From the NCBI GenBank assembly GCA_036507075.1, contig DASXQR010000062.1, forward strand, positions 1-43,245: 43,245 nt of DNA. Direction: 5' to 3'. The translations under genes were made by a program, and so were the position numbers. How positions within the stretch are numbered: position 1 is the stretch's first letter; each line of letters opens with the position of its first letter. Source of the stretch: Acidobacteriota bacterium. Lineage in GTDB: Bacteria > Acidobacteriota > UBA6911 > JACQSX01. The notes under the pieces are model-generated. The model saw nothing but the letters and a program-made list of their open reading frames with translations, had not been told where the DNA came from and made no database searches. This document shows positions 17,025-26,811 of the stretch, piece after piece.

Positions 17025-20000
17025 CATATCTCGATCAGAAAGCCCGCGACCAGGTGACCGGCAACTTCGACGTTACGTTTTGTGTCGAGGCCGGAGCGGG
17101 GACGGGAAAAACCAGCCTGATGGTCAGGCGCGTGGTTGAGCAAGTCCGGGCGGGCGTGAGAGTCTCAGAGATTGTCGCCATCACGTTCACGGAAAAAGCG
17201 GCCGGAGAGTTGAAGCACCGGATCCGGCAGGCGCTGGAATCGCAAAGGCGTGAGCATCCTGAGTCTGCGACGGTATTCGCCAGAGCGCTTGCGGACCTCG
17301 ACAACGCCCAGATCTCCACGATTCACGGCTTTGCCGCATCGATTTTGAGAGAGCGGCCGGTGGAAGCGCGCGTCGATCCAAACTTCGTGCAACTGGACGA
17401 GCTAGGCTCCACGCTGCTGTTGGATGAAGTATGGCAAAAATGGCTGCAGAAGGCGCTGGGCGAGAGTAATCCGGTGCTCAAGAGAGCCTTGATATGTGGG
17501 TTGAAGATCTCCAAGATGTATGAGCTGTTCAAAAGCCTGCACGATCAGCGGCAGTACCTGGAGTGCCTGCCAACATCATCCGAAAAGGTGGAAGACAAGT
17601 GCCGCGAGCTTCTCGGTATTGTCGAAAGCGTCATGCCCCTGCTCCAACACTGCCATCGTGAGGACGACCCGGGTTTGCTGCAGTGGCAAAATGTGATTCG
17701 CGTCCTTGAGCAGCGCTACTACTCCACACTCTCAGGAGATCCCTCGCAGGTAGATCCTGACAACTTGATTCGCTGCTTGAGAGATCTCAAGATCAACCGC
17801 CGCAGCGGCAACAACAATAACTGGTTTGGCCATCACAACAGCGAGCAGAAGGAACTTGCCGAGAAATTTTTCCTGATCCGCAACTCTATTTACAGCCTCG
17901 TTCTCGAGCAACTGCTCCATCTGCTGGCCGGCGCCGTAAGAGCGGTGGAAGGGGCGAAGGAGGAGCGAAACAGCCTGGATTTTGACGACCTTCTCATCAA
18001 GACTCGAAACCTGCTGCGCGATGACAAGGGCGTTCGCGCGTATTTCCAGAAGAGGTTTCGCTCGGTGATCGTCGACGAATTTCAGGATACCGACCCGCTG
18101 CAGGTGGAGATTGTGTTCTTTCTCTGTGAACAAGACAGCGCCGCGGAGAACTGGGATGAAGTAATACTCCGTCCCGGCAAACTTTGCATCGTGGGAGATC
18201 CAAAGCAATCGATTTATCGTTTCCGCCGCGCCGACATCGAAATCTACATGAACGTTCAGGAGAGCATCAGGAGCCAGGGGAAGGTGCTGCAGATTCAACA
18301 GAATTTTCGATCAGCGCCGCTCCTGGTGGATTGGATCAATAAAATCTTTTCGCAGATGATCAAGCCGGAGGAGAAGTACCAACCTGAGTATCATCCTTTG
18401 CTGACTGCAGAACCGGAGCCCGGCCCGGAGAAGCCCTGTGTCACTGTGCTGTACAACGAACAGCCACTGAAGGGCGCCGACGAATACCGCGCCGCCGAAG
18501 GGAATGCGGTTGTCAGCGTGCTGCGTCGCATTCTCGATGAGGGTTGGCCTGTCAGAGAAAAGGGCAGCGGCCTTCTTCGGCCGGCGCGCTGGGGTGACAT
18601 CGCGGTCCTGTTTTTCAGCCTCACCAAGTCCTATCTGTACGAAGGGCCGCTTCGCGCCGCAGACATTCCGTATCGGCTCGACGGTGGAAAACAGTTCTTC
18701 AGCCGGCAGGAGATCCATTCACTGGTGGCGTGTCTGAAAGCGATCGACGATCCCTCCGATCAGATTGCTCTGGTGGCATGTCTCCATTCTCTGTTTTTCG
18801 GATTTTCAGATGAAGAGCTCTTCCGCTTTCGCAGTCTTCAGGGGTCGTTTTCCTATTACAAATCCGACGAAGCCTCTCCGGAATTGTCTTCCGCGCTGGC
18901 GTTGCTGCGGAGCCTGCATGAGGAAAGAAACCGGGTATCTTTCGCCTACACGCTGGAGCGCCTTTTTCGTGAAACCCACGCGCTGGAAAAACACCTGTTA
19001 ATCCGATACGGCAATCAGGCGATCGCCAACCTGCAGAAAGCCGTCGCGCGCGCCCGGGCATTCGAGCAGGCCGGAGCGACTACGTTCCGAAGATTCGTGC
19101 GCTGGATAAACCAACTGGAACAAGACACCAGACCGGAACCCGAATCCGCTCTGATTGAAGCGTACGACGATGCCGTGGAACTGCTGACAATTCATAAATC
19201 GAAGGGCTTGGAATTTCCGATTGTGATACTTGCCAATCTCAACGTGAAGGACAGTGACAGATTGAATGACGCATTCGATCGGGAGCGGCGCTCGCTGGAA
19301 TTTCACATTACCAATGAAGACAAATTGGTTCTGGAGACTTCAGGGTTTGAAGTCGCCAGGGCAATAGAGCAGAAGCGTCTCGACGCGGAGAAAAAACGCC
19401 TGCTGTATGTCGCGGCAACCCGAGCTCGGGACTATCTTCTCGTCTCCGGATTTCAATATGGCAGGCAGCCCAGTGGTTTGTGCGAGAAGCTGGAGGAGTA
19501 CCTTCCGGATCCTGGTCTTATTCCCGAAGGGGAGCAGGAGACGATCCATGATGGAATCGGGATCTGGAGAGTTCCGCCCACGGAGCTGCAGCGGGACCCC
19601 GAGCTGTCCACTTCAATTGGAATCGCTCCGGAAAAGGAATCGACCTGGACGGATCAACTTGAAAGCTGGAAAAAGGATCGGACGGAAGTATTACGCCGCG
19701 CGTCGATTTCCTGGGCGCCGGTAACCGCCAGTGAAGCAAAGCCGGAGCTGGCCGAGGCGTCCTTTGCGGCGCCTCGCGCGTTTGTTACGCGGGAGGCATC
19801 CGCGCTCGGATCCGCTTATCATCGGCTGATGTATAGAATTCCGCAGCCGGATCTGGTCGAAGGGTACCAGGCGGATCGATTTGTCGCGCTGGTCGAGCAG
19901 ACGGCGCTGGAGTACGGATTGAATGAGCCGGCAGGCCTCTTTGAGCTGGCGCGCCGGACTTTCCCCGAATCGCTGCACAAGCTGTTGCGTTCCTGCCGTC

Positions 20001-20353
20001 GGATTCAACGGGAGGTTCCGTTCCTGCTGCGCTGCAGCGGGCTTGAAGCGCGATTAGCGGGAGCCGCGGACGCTTTCAACAAAAAATTCCCGAACCTGTT
20101 TGAAGGCGTGATGGACCTGGTGGGAGAGGCCGCCGACGGACGCCTGTTCGTTCTCGACTACAAGACAGACAGCGTCACCGGGCGGGAAATTCCCGAACGT
20201 ATGACAGTCTACAGGCAACAAGGCGAAATCTACCGCGCAGCACTGGAGAAAGTAGCAGGGCGTCCGGTGCAGGATGTCTTCTTCTACTTCGTCCGCCCGG
20301 GTGTAATGGTGGGGTTGAGCACGAATTTCAACGAATTTCACGAAGTCATCTAA
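17021..20353 (+). CDS. addA: ATP-dependent helicase/nuclease subunit A (AddA, UvrD-type helicase + PD-(D/E)XK nuclease)
   Basis: AGAGTGKT, TFTEKAA, DEFQD, VGDPKQSIYRFR, QNFRS, TIHKSKGLEF, RLLYVAATRAR, LDYKT; ATGA coupling to addB. Confidence 0.92.
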   Translation: MTYLDQKARDQVTGNFDVTFCVEAGAGTGKTSLMVRRVVEQVRAGVRVSEIVAITFTEKAAGELKHRIRQALESQRREHPESATVFARALADLDNAQISTIHGFAASILRERPVEARVDPNFVQLDELGSTLLLDEVWQKWLQKALGESNPVLKRALICGLKISKMYELFKSLHDQRQYLECLPTSSEKVEDKCRELLGIVESVMPLLQHCHREDDPGLLQWQNVIRVLEQRYYSTLSGDPSQVDPDNLIRCLRDLKINRRSGNNNNWFGHHNSEQKELAEKFFLIRNSIYSLVLEQLLHLLAGAVRAVEGAKEERNSLDFDDLLIKTRNLLRDDKGVRAYFQKRFRSVIVDEFQDTDPLQVEIVFFLCEQDSAAENWDEVILRPGKLCIVGDPKQSIYRFRRADIEIYMNVQESIRSQGKVLQIQQNFRSAPLLVDWINKIFSQMIKPEEKYQPEYHPLLTAEPEPGPEKPCVTVLYNEQPLKGADEYRAAEGNAVVSVLRRILDEGWPVREKGSGLLRPARWGDIAVLFFSLTKSYLYEGPLRAADIPYRLDGGKQFFSRQEIHSLVACLKAIDDPSDQIALVACLHSLFFGFSDEELFRFRSLQGSFSYYKSDEASPELSSALALLRSLHEERNRVSFAYTLERLFRETHALEKHLLIRYGNQAIANLQKAVARARAFEQAGATTFRRFVRWINQLEQDTRPEPESALIEAYDDAVELLTIHKSKGLEFPIVILANLNVKDSDRLNDAFDRERRSLEFHITNEDKLVLETSGFEVARAIEQKRLDAEKKRLLYVAATRARDYLLVSGFQYGRQPSGLCEKLEEYLPDPGLIPEGEQETIHDGIGIWRVPPTELQRDPELSTSIGIAPEKESTWTDQLESWKKDRTEVLRRASISWAPVTASEAKPELAEASFAAPRAFVTREASALGSAYHRLMYRIPQPDLVEGYQADRFVALVEQTALEYGLNEPAGLFELARRTFPESLHKLLRSCRRIQREVPFLLRCSGLEARLAGAADAFNKKFPNLFEGVMDLVGEAADGRLFVLDYKTDSVTGREIPERMTVYRQQGEIYRAALEKVAGRPVQDVFFYFVRPGVMVGLSTNFNEFHEVI

Positions 20354-20396
20354 AGAGATTCGTGAAATTCGTGTGAATTCGTGAAAATTCGTGCTC
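20317..20396. repeat. Palindromic element (CACGAATTT 9-10-mer arms) overlapping the addA 3' end
   Basis: gagcacgaatttcaacgaatttcacgaa ... ttcgtgaaattcgtgtgaattcgtgaaaattcgtgctc. Confidence 0.9.
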
Positions 20397-20399
20397 CAC

Positions 20400-21134
20400 T
20401 TAATCCAGATTACTAGCCTCCAGGATCTTCTTGGCCTTGGCATCGCGGCGTATTTCGGCGGCCTGCTTCTTGCGCGCATAAAAAAGGCTGGCAACAAAGA
20501 TCACCCCGATCAGCGTGAGTGAAAACCACTTCGGAATCTCCCACTCGATCCAGTGGATCCCGTGCAGGTATTCAATCAGAAGTTTAATTGCCACCCAGCC
20601 CACGATCAGATAAGCGCCGTCGACAATCGCGGGATATTTTTCGATGATTCCCAGCAGTTTTCCAATCACAACACGGATGGCGATTACTCCCAGAATTCCG
20701 CCCGTGATCACAACCCAAAGTTTTTTGGAAACCGCCACGCCGACCAGAATGGAATCGATGGCAAAAACAATGTCGGTTAGTTCGACGCGCGTGACCACGC
20801 TCCAGAAGAGGCTCAGACCCAGCATTGCCTTGGCCGGAGGAATGTAGCGGTCCTTTTCCGACTCAACCTGGCGGAAGAAGTGCTTGATGGGAAGGTAAAA
20901 CAGATAGACCGAGCCAATCAGCTTGGCCAGATTGAACGCGATCAGATGTTTGGCAAAGAAGATGCATATGATTCGAAAGACAAAAGCGCCCAGGATTCCG
21001 TAACGGAGTGCTTTCTTCTGCTGGGCTCTCGGCAGCGGGAGCACCAGGACAGCCAGGACGAGCGCGTTGTCGGCGCTCAGCGCTCCTTCCAGAGCCACCA
21101 GCAGGAGAATGGTCGCTATGTCTGCAAGTTCCAC
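20400..21134 (-). CDS. TerC family integral membrane protein
   Basis: LEGALSADNALVLA, ALRYGILGAFVFR, DIVFAIDSI; GTG start. Confidence 0.9.
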   Translation of the reverse strand: MELADIATILLLVALEGALSADNALVLAVLVLPLPRAQQKKALRYGILGAFVFRIICIFFAKHLIAFNLAKLIGSVYLFYLPIKHFFRQVESEKDRYIPPAKAMLGLSLFWSVVTRVELTDIVFAIDSILVGVAVSKKLWVVITGGILGVIAIRVVIGKLLGIIEKYPAIVDGAYLIVGWVAIKLLIEYLHGIHWIEWEIPKWFSLTLIGVIFVASLFYARKKQAAEIRRDAKAKKILEASNLD

Positions 21135-21180
21135 TTCATGATTCTACACGAATCAATTTTATTCTCACTCAAGGTCGAAA

Positions 21181-21212
21181 GACGACGGACCACTGACAAC
21201 GGACCACGGACA
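21181..21212. repeat. Lone heptamer arm (GACCACG/GACAACG/GACCACT)
   Basis: gacgacggaccactgacaacggaccacggaca; same unit as 43066-43101. Confidence 0.7.
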
Positions 21213-21216
21213 GCTT

Positions 21217-23289
21217 TTACTTCGCCGCCAAATCCGTATTAAATCTCCATCGTGAAAACCGCAGTTGCTGGGCCGTTAAATCTTCGCGCGTTTCGAGCCG
21301 CACGTCAGTGATGTCACTGTTTTGGACTACCGGCACCAGTTGCGGAAAAACAAAGGCCGTCTCCTGCGGAATTTTCAGCCGGGCTGCGCGCTGCCTGATG
21401 TTGTTGCGCCAGGCTGGATTCACACGCGTTCCAAACCGGTCAAAGATGTGGGTGGCGCCCTCAGCGTCACCCGTAGACTTGATCACCTGAAGCCGGTCGA
21501 GAATCTCAGCCACTCCCTGGTGCGCTTTGGCCATGTCATTAATCTCGACAAAGTAGTTGCCGTTGACTTGAATCACTTTGACGCCGAAATCCTTGTTGCC
21601 ATTCTCGCCCCCGCTGACCAGATATTCCAGCACCAGCTCGCGCCCTTTGCGGTGCGCCTCGCGCACGATGTCGTCTTCCAGGGAGCGATACCGGGTCATC
21701 TGGTTCTGCAGGTATCCGATATATTGAGCCTCAGCCACCTGCTTTTGCTCCGCCGCTGTGAAAGCGCCGATTTCGACCAGCTTGGGATCAAATATGTGAT
21801 ACAGCGCCACCAGGTCGGCGCGACACTCCTCCAGCGCCGAGTAGGCGCGTCCAATGATGGTGCGCGGTTCGCCTTTTAACTTGTCGTCCGGCTTGCCCGC
21901 GCCATGTCCGATCACTTCATGCATGTAGACTTCCCACTGGCGGCCGAGCTTGCCGTACTTGCGAAAGAGGTCCTGATGCCTGGGAAGGAAAAACTCCTGG
22001 ATTGTCTGTTCCAGTATCTTCTCGGACTGCGCCTCCTCAATGTTCAACAGGATAATATTCTTGCTACCCACGTCACGCCTGATGTCCTCGTAGTTGGGGA
22101 GGTTGTAGGCGACCGGCGAAGTTGGGCCTGAATCTCCGGTTTCCACGATTACCTGCACCACATTGGCCACCGGCGGGGTGACATGAGAGCGCTTGTAAGC
22201 ATCCGGCCAGGGCATCCGCTTCTCAAAGTAATCGGCGTTGGCGGCCAGACGGGTAATCAGCGTCGAATCGGAGACATAGTTGACATTCCCTTCGAACTGG
22301 GAGATTACGCCGCGCGGATCATAATAGGATTCAATGAAGCCGTTCAGGTAATCGATGGTGGTGTTGGACTTGAGCCAGTCAACTGAATACTCGCGAAATT
22401 TGTTTTCGTCTCCTGTTTGATAGTAGGAGAGAAGCGCCTCCAGCCCTCTTCGCTGCTGATCTGATTCGGCCAGCGGCACGGCCGGTTTGAGCCAGTAGGA
22501 AATAGTCTCCAGATATTTCCCGTAAACACCCCCGATCTTATAAAGCTGCGGCGCAACCTTTCCATTTTGGAGCGCAAACCGAACATTGATGCGCTTTTTC
22601 CACTGCTCCGGAACAGAGTCAAACATGGCTTGCGTGATATCCGGGTCATACAGGTTCACGAAACTGGTGGCGATGATGTCTTCGCCCTTTTTCTGGTTGG
22701 TCTGCAGCGGCTCAAAACTGGCGTCAAAGATATAAGGGCGCAGTCTGGCGAGCTTCTTATCGAGGTCTTCTCCGGCCTGCAGTTCGAATTGAGCTCCTTT
22801 GGAAGCGGCCTGGCGGGCAGTTTTGGTGAGTATCTCAAAAGTGAGATAGTTCGGAACATATTTGACATGCGACTCGGAGCCGTACTGGCCGTGGTTGATC
22901 CAGATATATTTCAGGTAATCCTGCACTGCGTGGATCTCGTCGCGGGAAAGACCGTCGGAGTGAAGGAAAATCTGTTCCAGCAGGCGCTGAATCTCGACTG
23001 CGTAGCGGTGCGCCTGATCTGTGAAAATTTCATTTCCGGCGATGGCGGCCCGATAGAGATAGTAGGCGAGCTTTTTCTGATTGAGGGACAGCTTCTCAAA
23101 GCCGGTCGCTTCGACGCCCAGCACCAGGATGTCCTGGCCGTCTTTGCCCAGTCGCTCAAGTTCTCCAGTGTAAGAAGCGGGGGTATCTTTCGCCGGTTGA
23201 GGGGCGGATGCGCTCTTGTGCCCGGAACCGACATCCGAACCACAGGCGGCCAAAAGCGAGAAAAAGGGAATCAACAGCAGTCGTTTCAT
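21217..23289 (-). CDS. Dipeptidyl peptidase III (peptidase M49), predicted lipoprotein
   Basis: HEVIGH (HEXXGH) and EECRAD motifs, NLPNY; lipobox LLAAC; GGAG RBS before ATG 23289. Confidence 0.88.
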   Translation of the reverse strand: MKRLLLIPFFSLLAACGSDVGSGHKSASAPQPAKDTPASYTGELERLGKDGQDILVLGVEATGFEKLSLNQKKLAYYLYRAAIAGNEIFTDQAHRYAVEIQRLLEQIFLHSDGLSRDEIHAVQDYLKYIWINHGQYGSESHVKYVPNYLTFEILTKTARQAASKGAQFELQAGEDLDKKLARLRPYIFDASFEPLQTNQKKGEDIIATSFVNLYDPDITQAMFDSVPEQWKKRINVRFALQNGKVAPQLYKIGGVYGKYLETISYWLKPAVPLAESDQQRRGLEALLSYYQTGDENKFREYSVDWLKSNTTIDYLNGFIESYYDPRGVISQFEGNVNYVSDSTLITRLAANADYFEKRMPWPDAYKRSHVTPPVANVVQVIVETGDSGPTSPVAYNLPNYEDIRRDVGSKNIILLNIEEAQSEKILEQTIQEFFLPRHQDLFRKYGKLGRQWEVYMHEVIGHGAGKPDDKLKGEPRTIIGRAYSALEECRADLVALYHIFDPKLVEIGAFTAAEQKQVAEAQYIGYLQNQMTRYRSLEDDIVREAHRKGRELVLEYLVSGGENGNKDFGVKVIQVNGNYFVEINDMAKAHQGVAEILDRLQVIKSTGDAEGATHIFDRFGTRVNPAWRNNIRQRAARLKIPQETAFVFPQLVPVVQNSDITDVRLETREDLTAQQLRFSRWRFNTDLAAK

Positions 23290-23390
23290 AGGTTCATCTC
23301 CATTTTCAGGATAGCGTAAATCCAGCCTGAGCCAACGGAAGGCGTCGCGTATTGACCAAATCGAAGCGGGCCGGAGACGGACACGTTGCA

Positions 23391-23483
23391 TTCACCGCAG
23401 AGCCGCCAAGAACGCCGAGTTCCCGCAGAGATTCCATTGCTAACCTCTGCGAGGCTTGGCGTTCTCGGCGACTCTGCGGTGAA
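23391..23483. repeat. Palindromic element family B (TTCACCGCAGAG...CTCTGCGGTGAA)
   Basis: Long imperfect hairpin of 9-mer units; homologue at 26636-26741. Confidence 0.9.
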
Positions 23484-23552
23484 GCGATGTTCCGGTCAAT
23501 AGCCGGATTATGTGGATAACACGCCCCAAGGGGCTTATCGCCAGGCGATTCA

Positions 23553-23825
23553 TCATTCCAGGGCATCCAATACGATCGCCTCTAAAATCATGGCGGCTGC
23601 CTCTGATGGATTGCCTCCCACACCGAGCTGCTCCAGCTCTTGATAGTAATAGCTGTAGTCGGGGTCTTCCCGGACCCATTCGAGAAAATCCTTTGGCACC
23701 ACTGTTTTGAAAACCTTGCGCACCTTTTCCGGTATCAGGCGGTTTCGGATTTCATCCCTGCAAATGCCGGAACCGGCGGCATCTTCGCAAGTTTGAATGA
23801 GACGTAGAATCAGCTGGGGGAACAA
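23553..23825 (-). CDS. Small hypothetical protein (90 aa)
   Basis: Fills the gap divergent from gltA; protein-like helical composition; TTG start. Confidence 0.45.
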   Translation of the reverse strand: MFPQLILRLIQTCEDAAGSGICRDEIRNRLIPEKVRKVFKTVVPKDFLEWVREDPDYSYYYQELEQLGVGGNPSEAAAMILEAIVLDALE

Positions 23826-23919
23826 GATAACTCACTAAAATTTGCAGCTTAACGGTATCATATTTAAGGGCTTTGGGCCGCCAAGCCTAGGCCGGCAGTT
23901 CTTCTGGCCCAGGTGATCG

Positions 23920-25254
23920 ATGGAGCAACGTAAGATGGGTGACACACTCACAATTCTGGATAACAGGACCGGGAAGAAGTACGAAATTCCAATCAAAGAC
24001 GGCACCATCCGGGCGATGGATCTGCGCCAGATCAAGGTCTCCGACGACGACTTCGGGTTGATGAGTTATGACCCCGCGTTTACCAACACCGCCTCCTGCA
24101 TCAGCCGCATCACCTATATAGACGGTGATAAAGGAATCCTGCGATACCGCGGCTATCCCATCGAGCAACTGGCCGAAGACAGCACCTATCTTGAAACCGC
24201 TTATTTGATCGTTCATGGAGAACTGCCGGACGAAAAGGAACTTTCAGACTGGATGTGGAACATAACGCACCACACCATGCTCCACGAAAATATCAAAAAG
24301 TTTATCGATGGATTTCACTACGACGCGCACCCCATGGGGATGCTGATCAGCTCTGTGGCTGCTTTGTCCACCTTTTATCCTGAGGCGCGACAGATTCATA
24401 ACACGGCTTCCCGGCTCAAACAGACGTATCGTTTGATCGCCAAGATGCCCACGCTGTCCGCCTTCGCGTACCGTCACATGATCGGCATGCCGTATGCCTA
24501 CCCTGACAACGATCTAAGTTATCCGGGAAATCTGCTGAACATGATGTTCAAGATGACGGAAGTCAAGTACAAGCCCGATCCGGTGCTGGAGCGCGCCATC
24601 GATGTGCTGTTTATCCTGCACGCCGACCACGAGCAGAATTGCAGCACCAATGCTATGCGCAGTGTGGGCAGTTCAATGGTGGATCCTTATTCCTCCATCG
24701 CTGGCGCCATCGCGGCGTTATACGGGCCCCTGCATGGCGGCGCCAACGAAGCGGTGCTTCGCATGCTGAACGAGATCGGAACGATCGAGCATGTTCCCGC
24801 CTTCATCAAGAAAGTGAAGGCCGGAGAAGGACGGCTGATGGGTTTTGGCCATCGGGTTTACAAGAATTATGATCCGCGGGCCAAGATCATCAAGCGTCTG
24901 GCTGATGAGGTTTTTGAAGTTACCGGGCGAAATCCGCTGCTCGACCTGGCCCTGGAGCTGGAACGGATCGCCTTGCAGGACGACTATTTTGTGCAGCGAC
25001 AGCTTTATCCCAACGTCGACTTTTACTCCGGCCTGATTTATCAGGCTATGGGCCTGCCTATTGACATGTTTCCGGTGCTTTTTGCCATCGCCAGGACGGC
25101 AGGATGGATAGCCCAATGGGAGGAGATGCTGCAGGATCCGGAACAGAAAATCGCCCGGCCGCGCCAGATATATCGCGGCGAGGACCAGCGCGACTACACG
25201 CCCATGGATAAGCGAAAGTACCAACCGCCCGAGAGTCAGGCGGCCGAACGTTAG
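23920..25254 (+). CDS. gltA: Citrate synthase
   Basis: ITYIDGDKGILRYRGYPIEQL, HADHEQN, GPLHGGANE, LMGFGHRVYKNYDPRA, PNVDFYSG. Alternative start 23935. Confidence 0.97.
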   Translation: MEQRKMGDTLTILDNRTGKKYEIPIKDGTIRAMDLRQIKVSDDDFGLMSYDPAFTNTASCISRITYIDGDKGILRYRGYPIEQLAEDSTYLETAYLIVHGELPDEKELSDWMWNITHHTMLHENIKKFIDGFHYDAHPMGMLISSVAALSTFYPEARQIHNTASRLKQTYRLIAKMPTLSAFAYRHMIGMPYAYPDNDLSYPGNLLNMMFKMTEVKYKPDPVLERAIDVLFILHADHEQNCSTNAMRSVGSSMVDPYSSIAGAIAALYGPLHGGANEAVLRMLNEIGTIEHVPAFIKKVKAGEGRLMGFGHRVYKNYDPRAKIIKRLADEVFEVTGRNPLLDLALELERIALQDDYFVQRQLYPNVDFYSGLIYQAMGLPIDMFPVLFAIARTAGWIAQWEEMLQDPEQKIARPRQIYRGEDQRDYTPMDKRKYQPPESQAAER

Positions 25255-25283
25255 TATTTCCCGCGGTGGTCACTAAGACTCAT

Positions 25284-25386
25284 CAAATGCGGAATGTAGA
25301 ATGCGGAATATGTTCAAACTGGGTTTGCGAGGTCTGACACAAAGGACAAACCTATTCCGCATTCCACATTCCGAAATCCGCATTTG
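25284..25386. repeat. Palindromic heptamer element family C (AATGCGG / CCGCATT arms)
   Basis: caaatgcggaatgtagaatgcggaat - unique spacer - attccgcattccacattccgaaatccgcatttg. Confidence 0.9.
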
Positions 25387-25464
25387 GGAGTACGTCAGAA
25401 AATCTCCTCGAAAATTCCTGCTAATAACTTCTAATCTGAATCGTTAAGTAAGGGCTGGTGTCGT

Positions 25465-26283
25465 ATGTGCAAACCAAAGTTGTTCATGATTACCGCATTT
25501 CTGTTGCTGTTGCCTGCCGCGGTGTGCGGCCAGACCCAGGAATGGGTATTTCCGGTTGTCGTAACCGGTGTGATTGATAAACCGCTTCATTTTCGAACCA
25601 CTTTTAATATCCTGAATCTTTCTGCAGCCAATGCGGCCGGTGTCATCGAGGTATACGACAACAAGGGCGTTGTTCGCCCCGGTTTCTTTTGCACTCCGGT
25701 GGTTGTCTCCCCCTATCGGGTGTCGCTGGCATCAGGAGGCTTGTTTCATCAGGCGGGAACGACTGATGTCGGCCTTTTCGATGGTTGGGCCCGCTTGACG
25801 GTTGAAGGGGACGTCCCTGTGCAGTCCAGTGCAGAAATTGTTTTGAGCAAAGGGGAGCCAAAGCCGTGTCTTCTGATTTGCAGCGGGCCTTCAACGGAGG
25901 TGGTCAGCAGCGCTCAAGTGCATGCCGTGCGGCCCTCCAGGGAATTTCGCGCTCCCGCCACCATTACCGAGACGCGAGAGAGCGCTTACGCCATCGTCAA
26001 TCCTTCCGCTACGGAAACAGCCAAAGTCACCCTGCAGGCGCTCAAGTCCAACGGCGATCCGTTCGACGGCAATACTTACACCATTCCTCCCCGCGGGCGG
26101 CTGAGCAAGTTTGTCTGGGAATTACTGCTGTTGAACAAGGTTTTCATTGTCGCTCCGGTCCGGCCCACTGACTTTCATGGATCGGTGAAAATCACAAGCG
26201 ATATTCCAATCGCCGTCGGCGGCCTGCATGTGCTGTTTCCCGAAGGCAAGCTGGTGAATCTGGCGATCAGCTCGACGCCGTGA
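25465..26283 (+). CDS. Secreted hypothetical protein, two beta-rich repeat domains
   Basis: Signal peptide; FP...T.FNILN...G...GW and AIVNP...GSVKITSDIPI pattern shared with the next gene. Confidence 0.75.
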   Translation: MCKPKLFMITAFLLLLPAAVCGQTQEWVFPVVVTGVIDKPLHFRTTFNILNLSAANAAGVIEVYDNKGVVRPGFFCTPVVVSPYRVSLASGGLFHQAGTTDVGLFDGWARLTVEGDVPVQSSAEIVLSKGEPKPCLLICSGPSTEVVSSAQVHAVRPSREFRAPATITETRESAYAIVNPSATETAKVTLQALKSNGDPFDGNTYTIPPRGRLSKFVWELLLLNKVFIVAPVRPTDFHGSVKITSDIPIAVGGLHVLFPEGKLVNLAISSTP

Positions 26284-26288
26284 AGATA

Positions 26289-26412
26289 GCCACGAAGCCA
26301 CGAAGGTCGGAATTCAGTCTAAGGTGGAACTTCTCACAGATCTCGACGGTCATTGCCGGAGTGTCACTTCTCAGTGACCGGCTGGCTCTTAGTGCCTTCG
26401 TGTCTTCGTGGC
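26289..26412. repeat. Palindromic element family A, copy 3
   Basis: gccacgaagccacgaag ... agtgtcacttc ... cttagtgccttcgtgtcttcgtggc. Confidence 0.88.
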
Positions 26413-26548
26413 AAAGACCACGCTGCGGACCAGGCGGAAAAATGAAAGAAACGGCCGTCCGAACCAGGCGCGGATACGTGGCGCCCCTGGCGGGTGACAA
26501 GTAATACATGGCGGCAGTGCCAGGGCGTGAGAGGATAATGTTTTGGAT

Positions 26549-26806
26549 GTCATCGGTCATAATCGGTCATTGGTCATCAGTCATTGGTCATCGGTAGTTG
26601 GTTTCCGGTAACGGCAGGATTTCTGCCGAACGGTTGATCGCATTCACCGCAGAGTCGCCAAGAATGCCGAGCACTCGCAAAGAAAAGATAAGAAACTCGG
26701 CGAAACTTGGCGCACTTTGCGGCTCCGCGGTGAATGCAATCGAGGTCGTTCCCTGCCGATCCTTCCGATAACCGCTGGCTATGACCAATAATGACCAATG
26801 ACCGAT
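26549..26806. repeat. Nested element: GTCATTG/CAATGAC heptamer arms enclosing a family B palindrome (26636-26741)
   Basis: Outer arms at ~26549-26596 and ~26781-26806; inner gcattcaccgcagag...ctccgcggtgaatgc. Confidence 0.85.
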
Positions 26807-26811
26807 TGTAC

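Noticed and set aside
13668..20353. Cas4-like nuclease or anti-phage helicase-nuclease defence system
   Set aside because: Size, order, coupling and motifs fit housekeeping AddAB; the Fe-S cysteines are expected in AddB.
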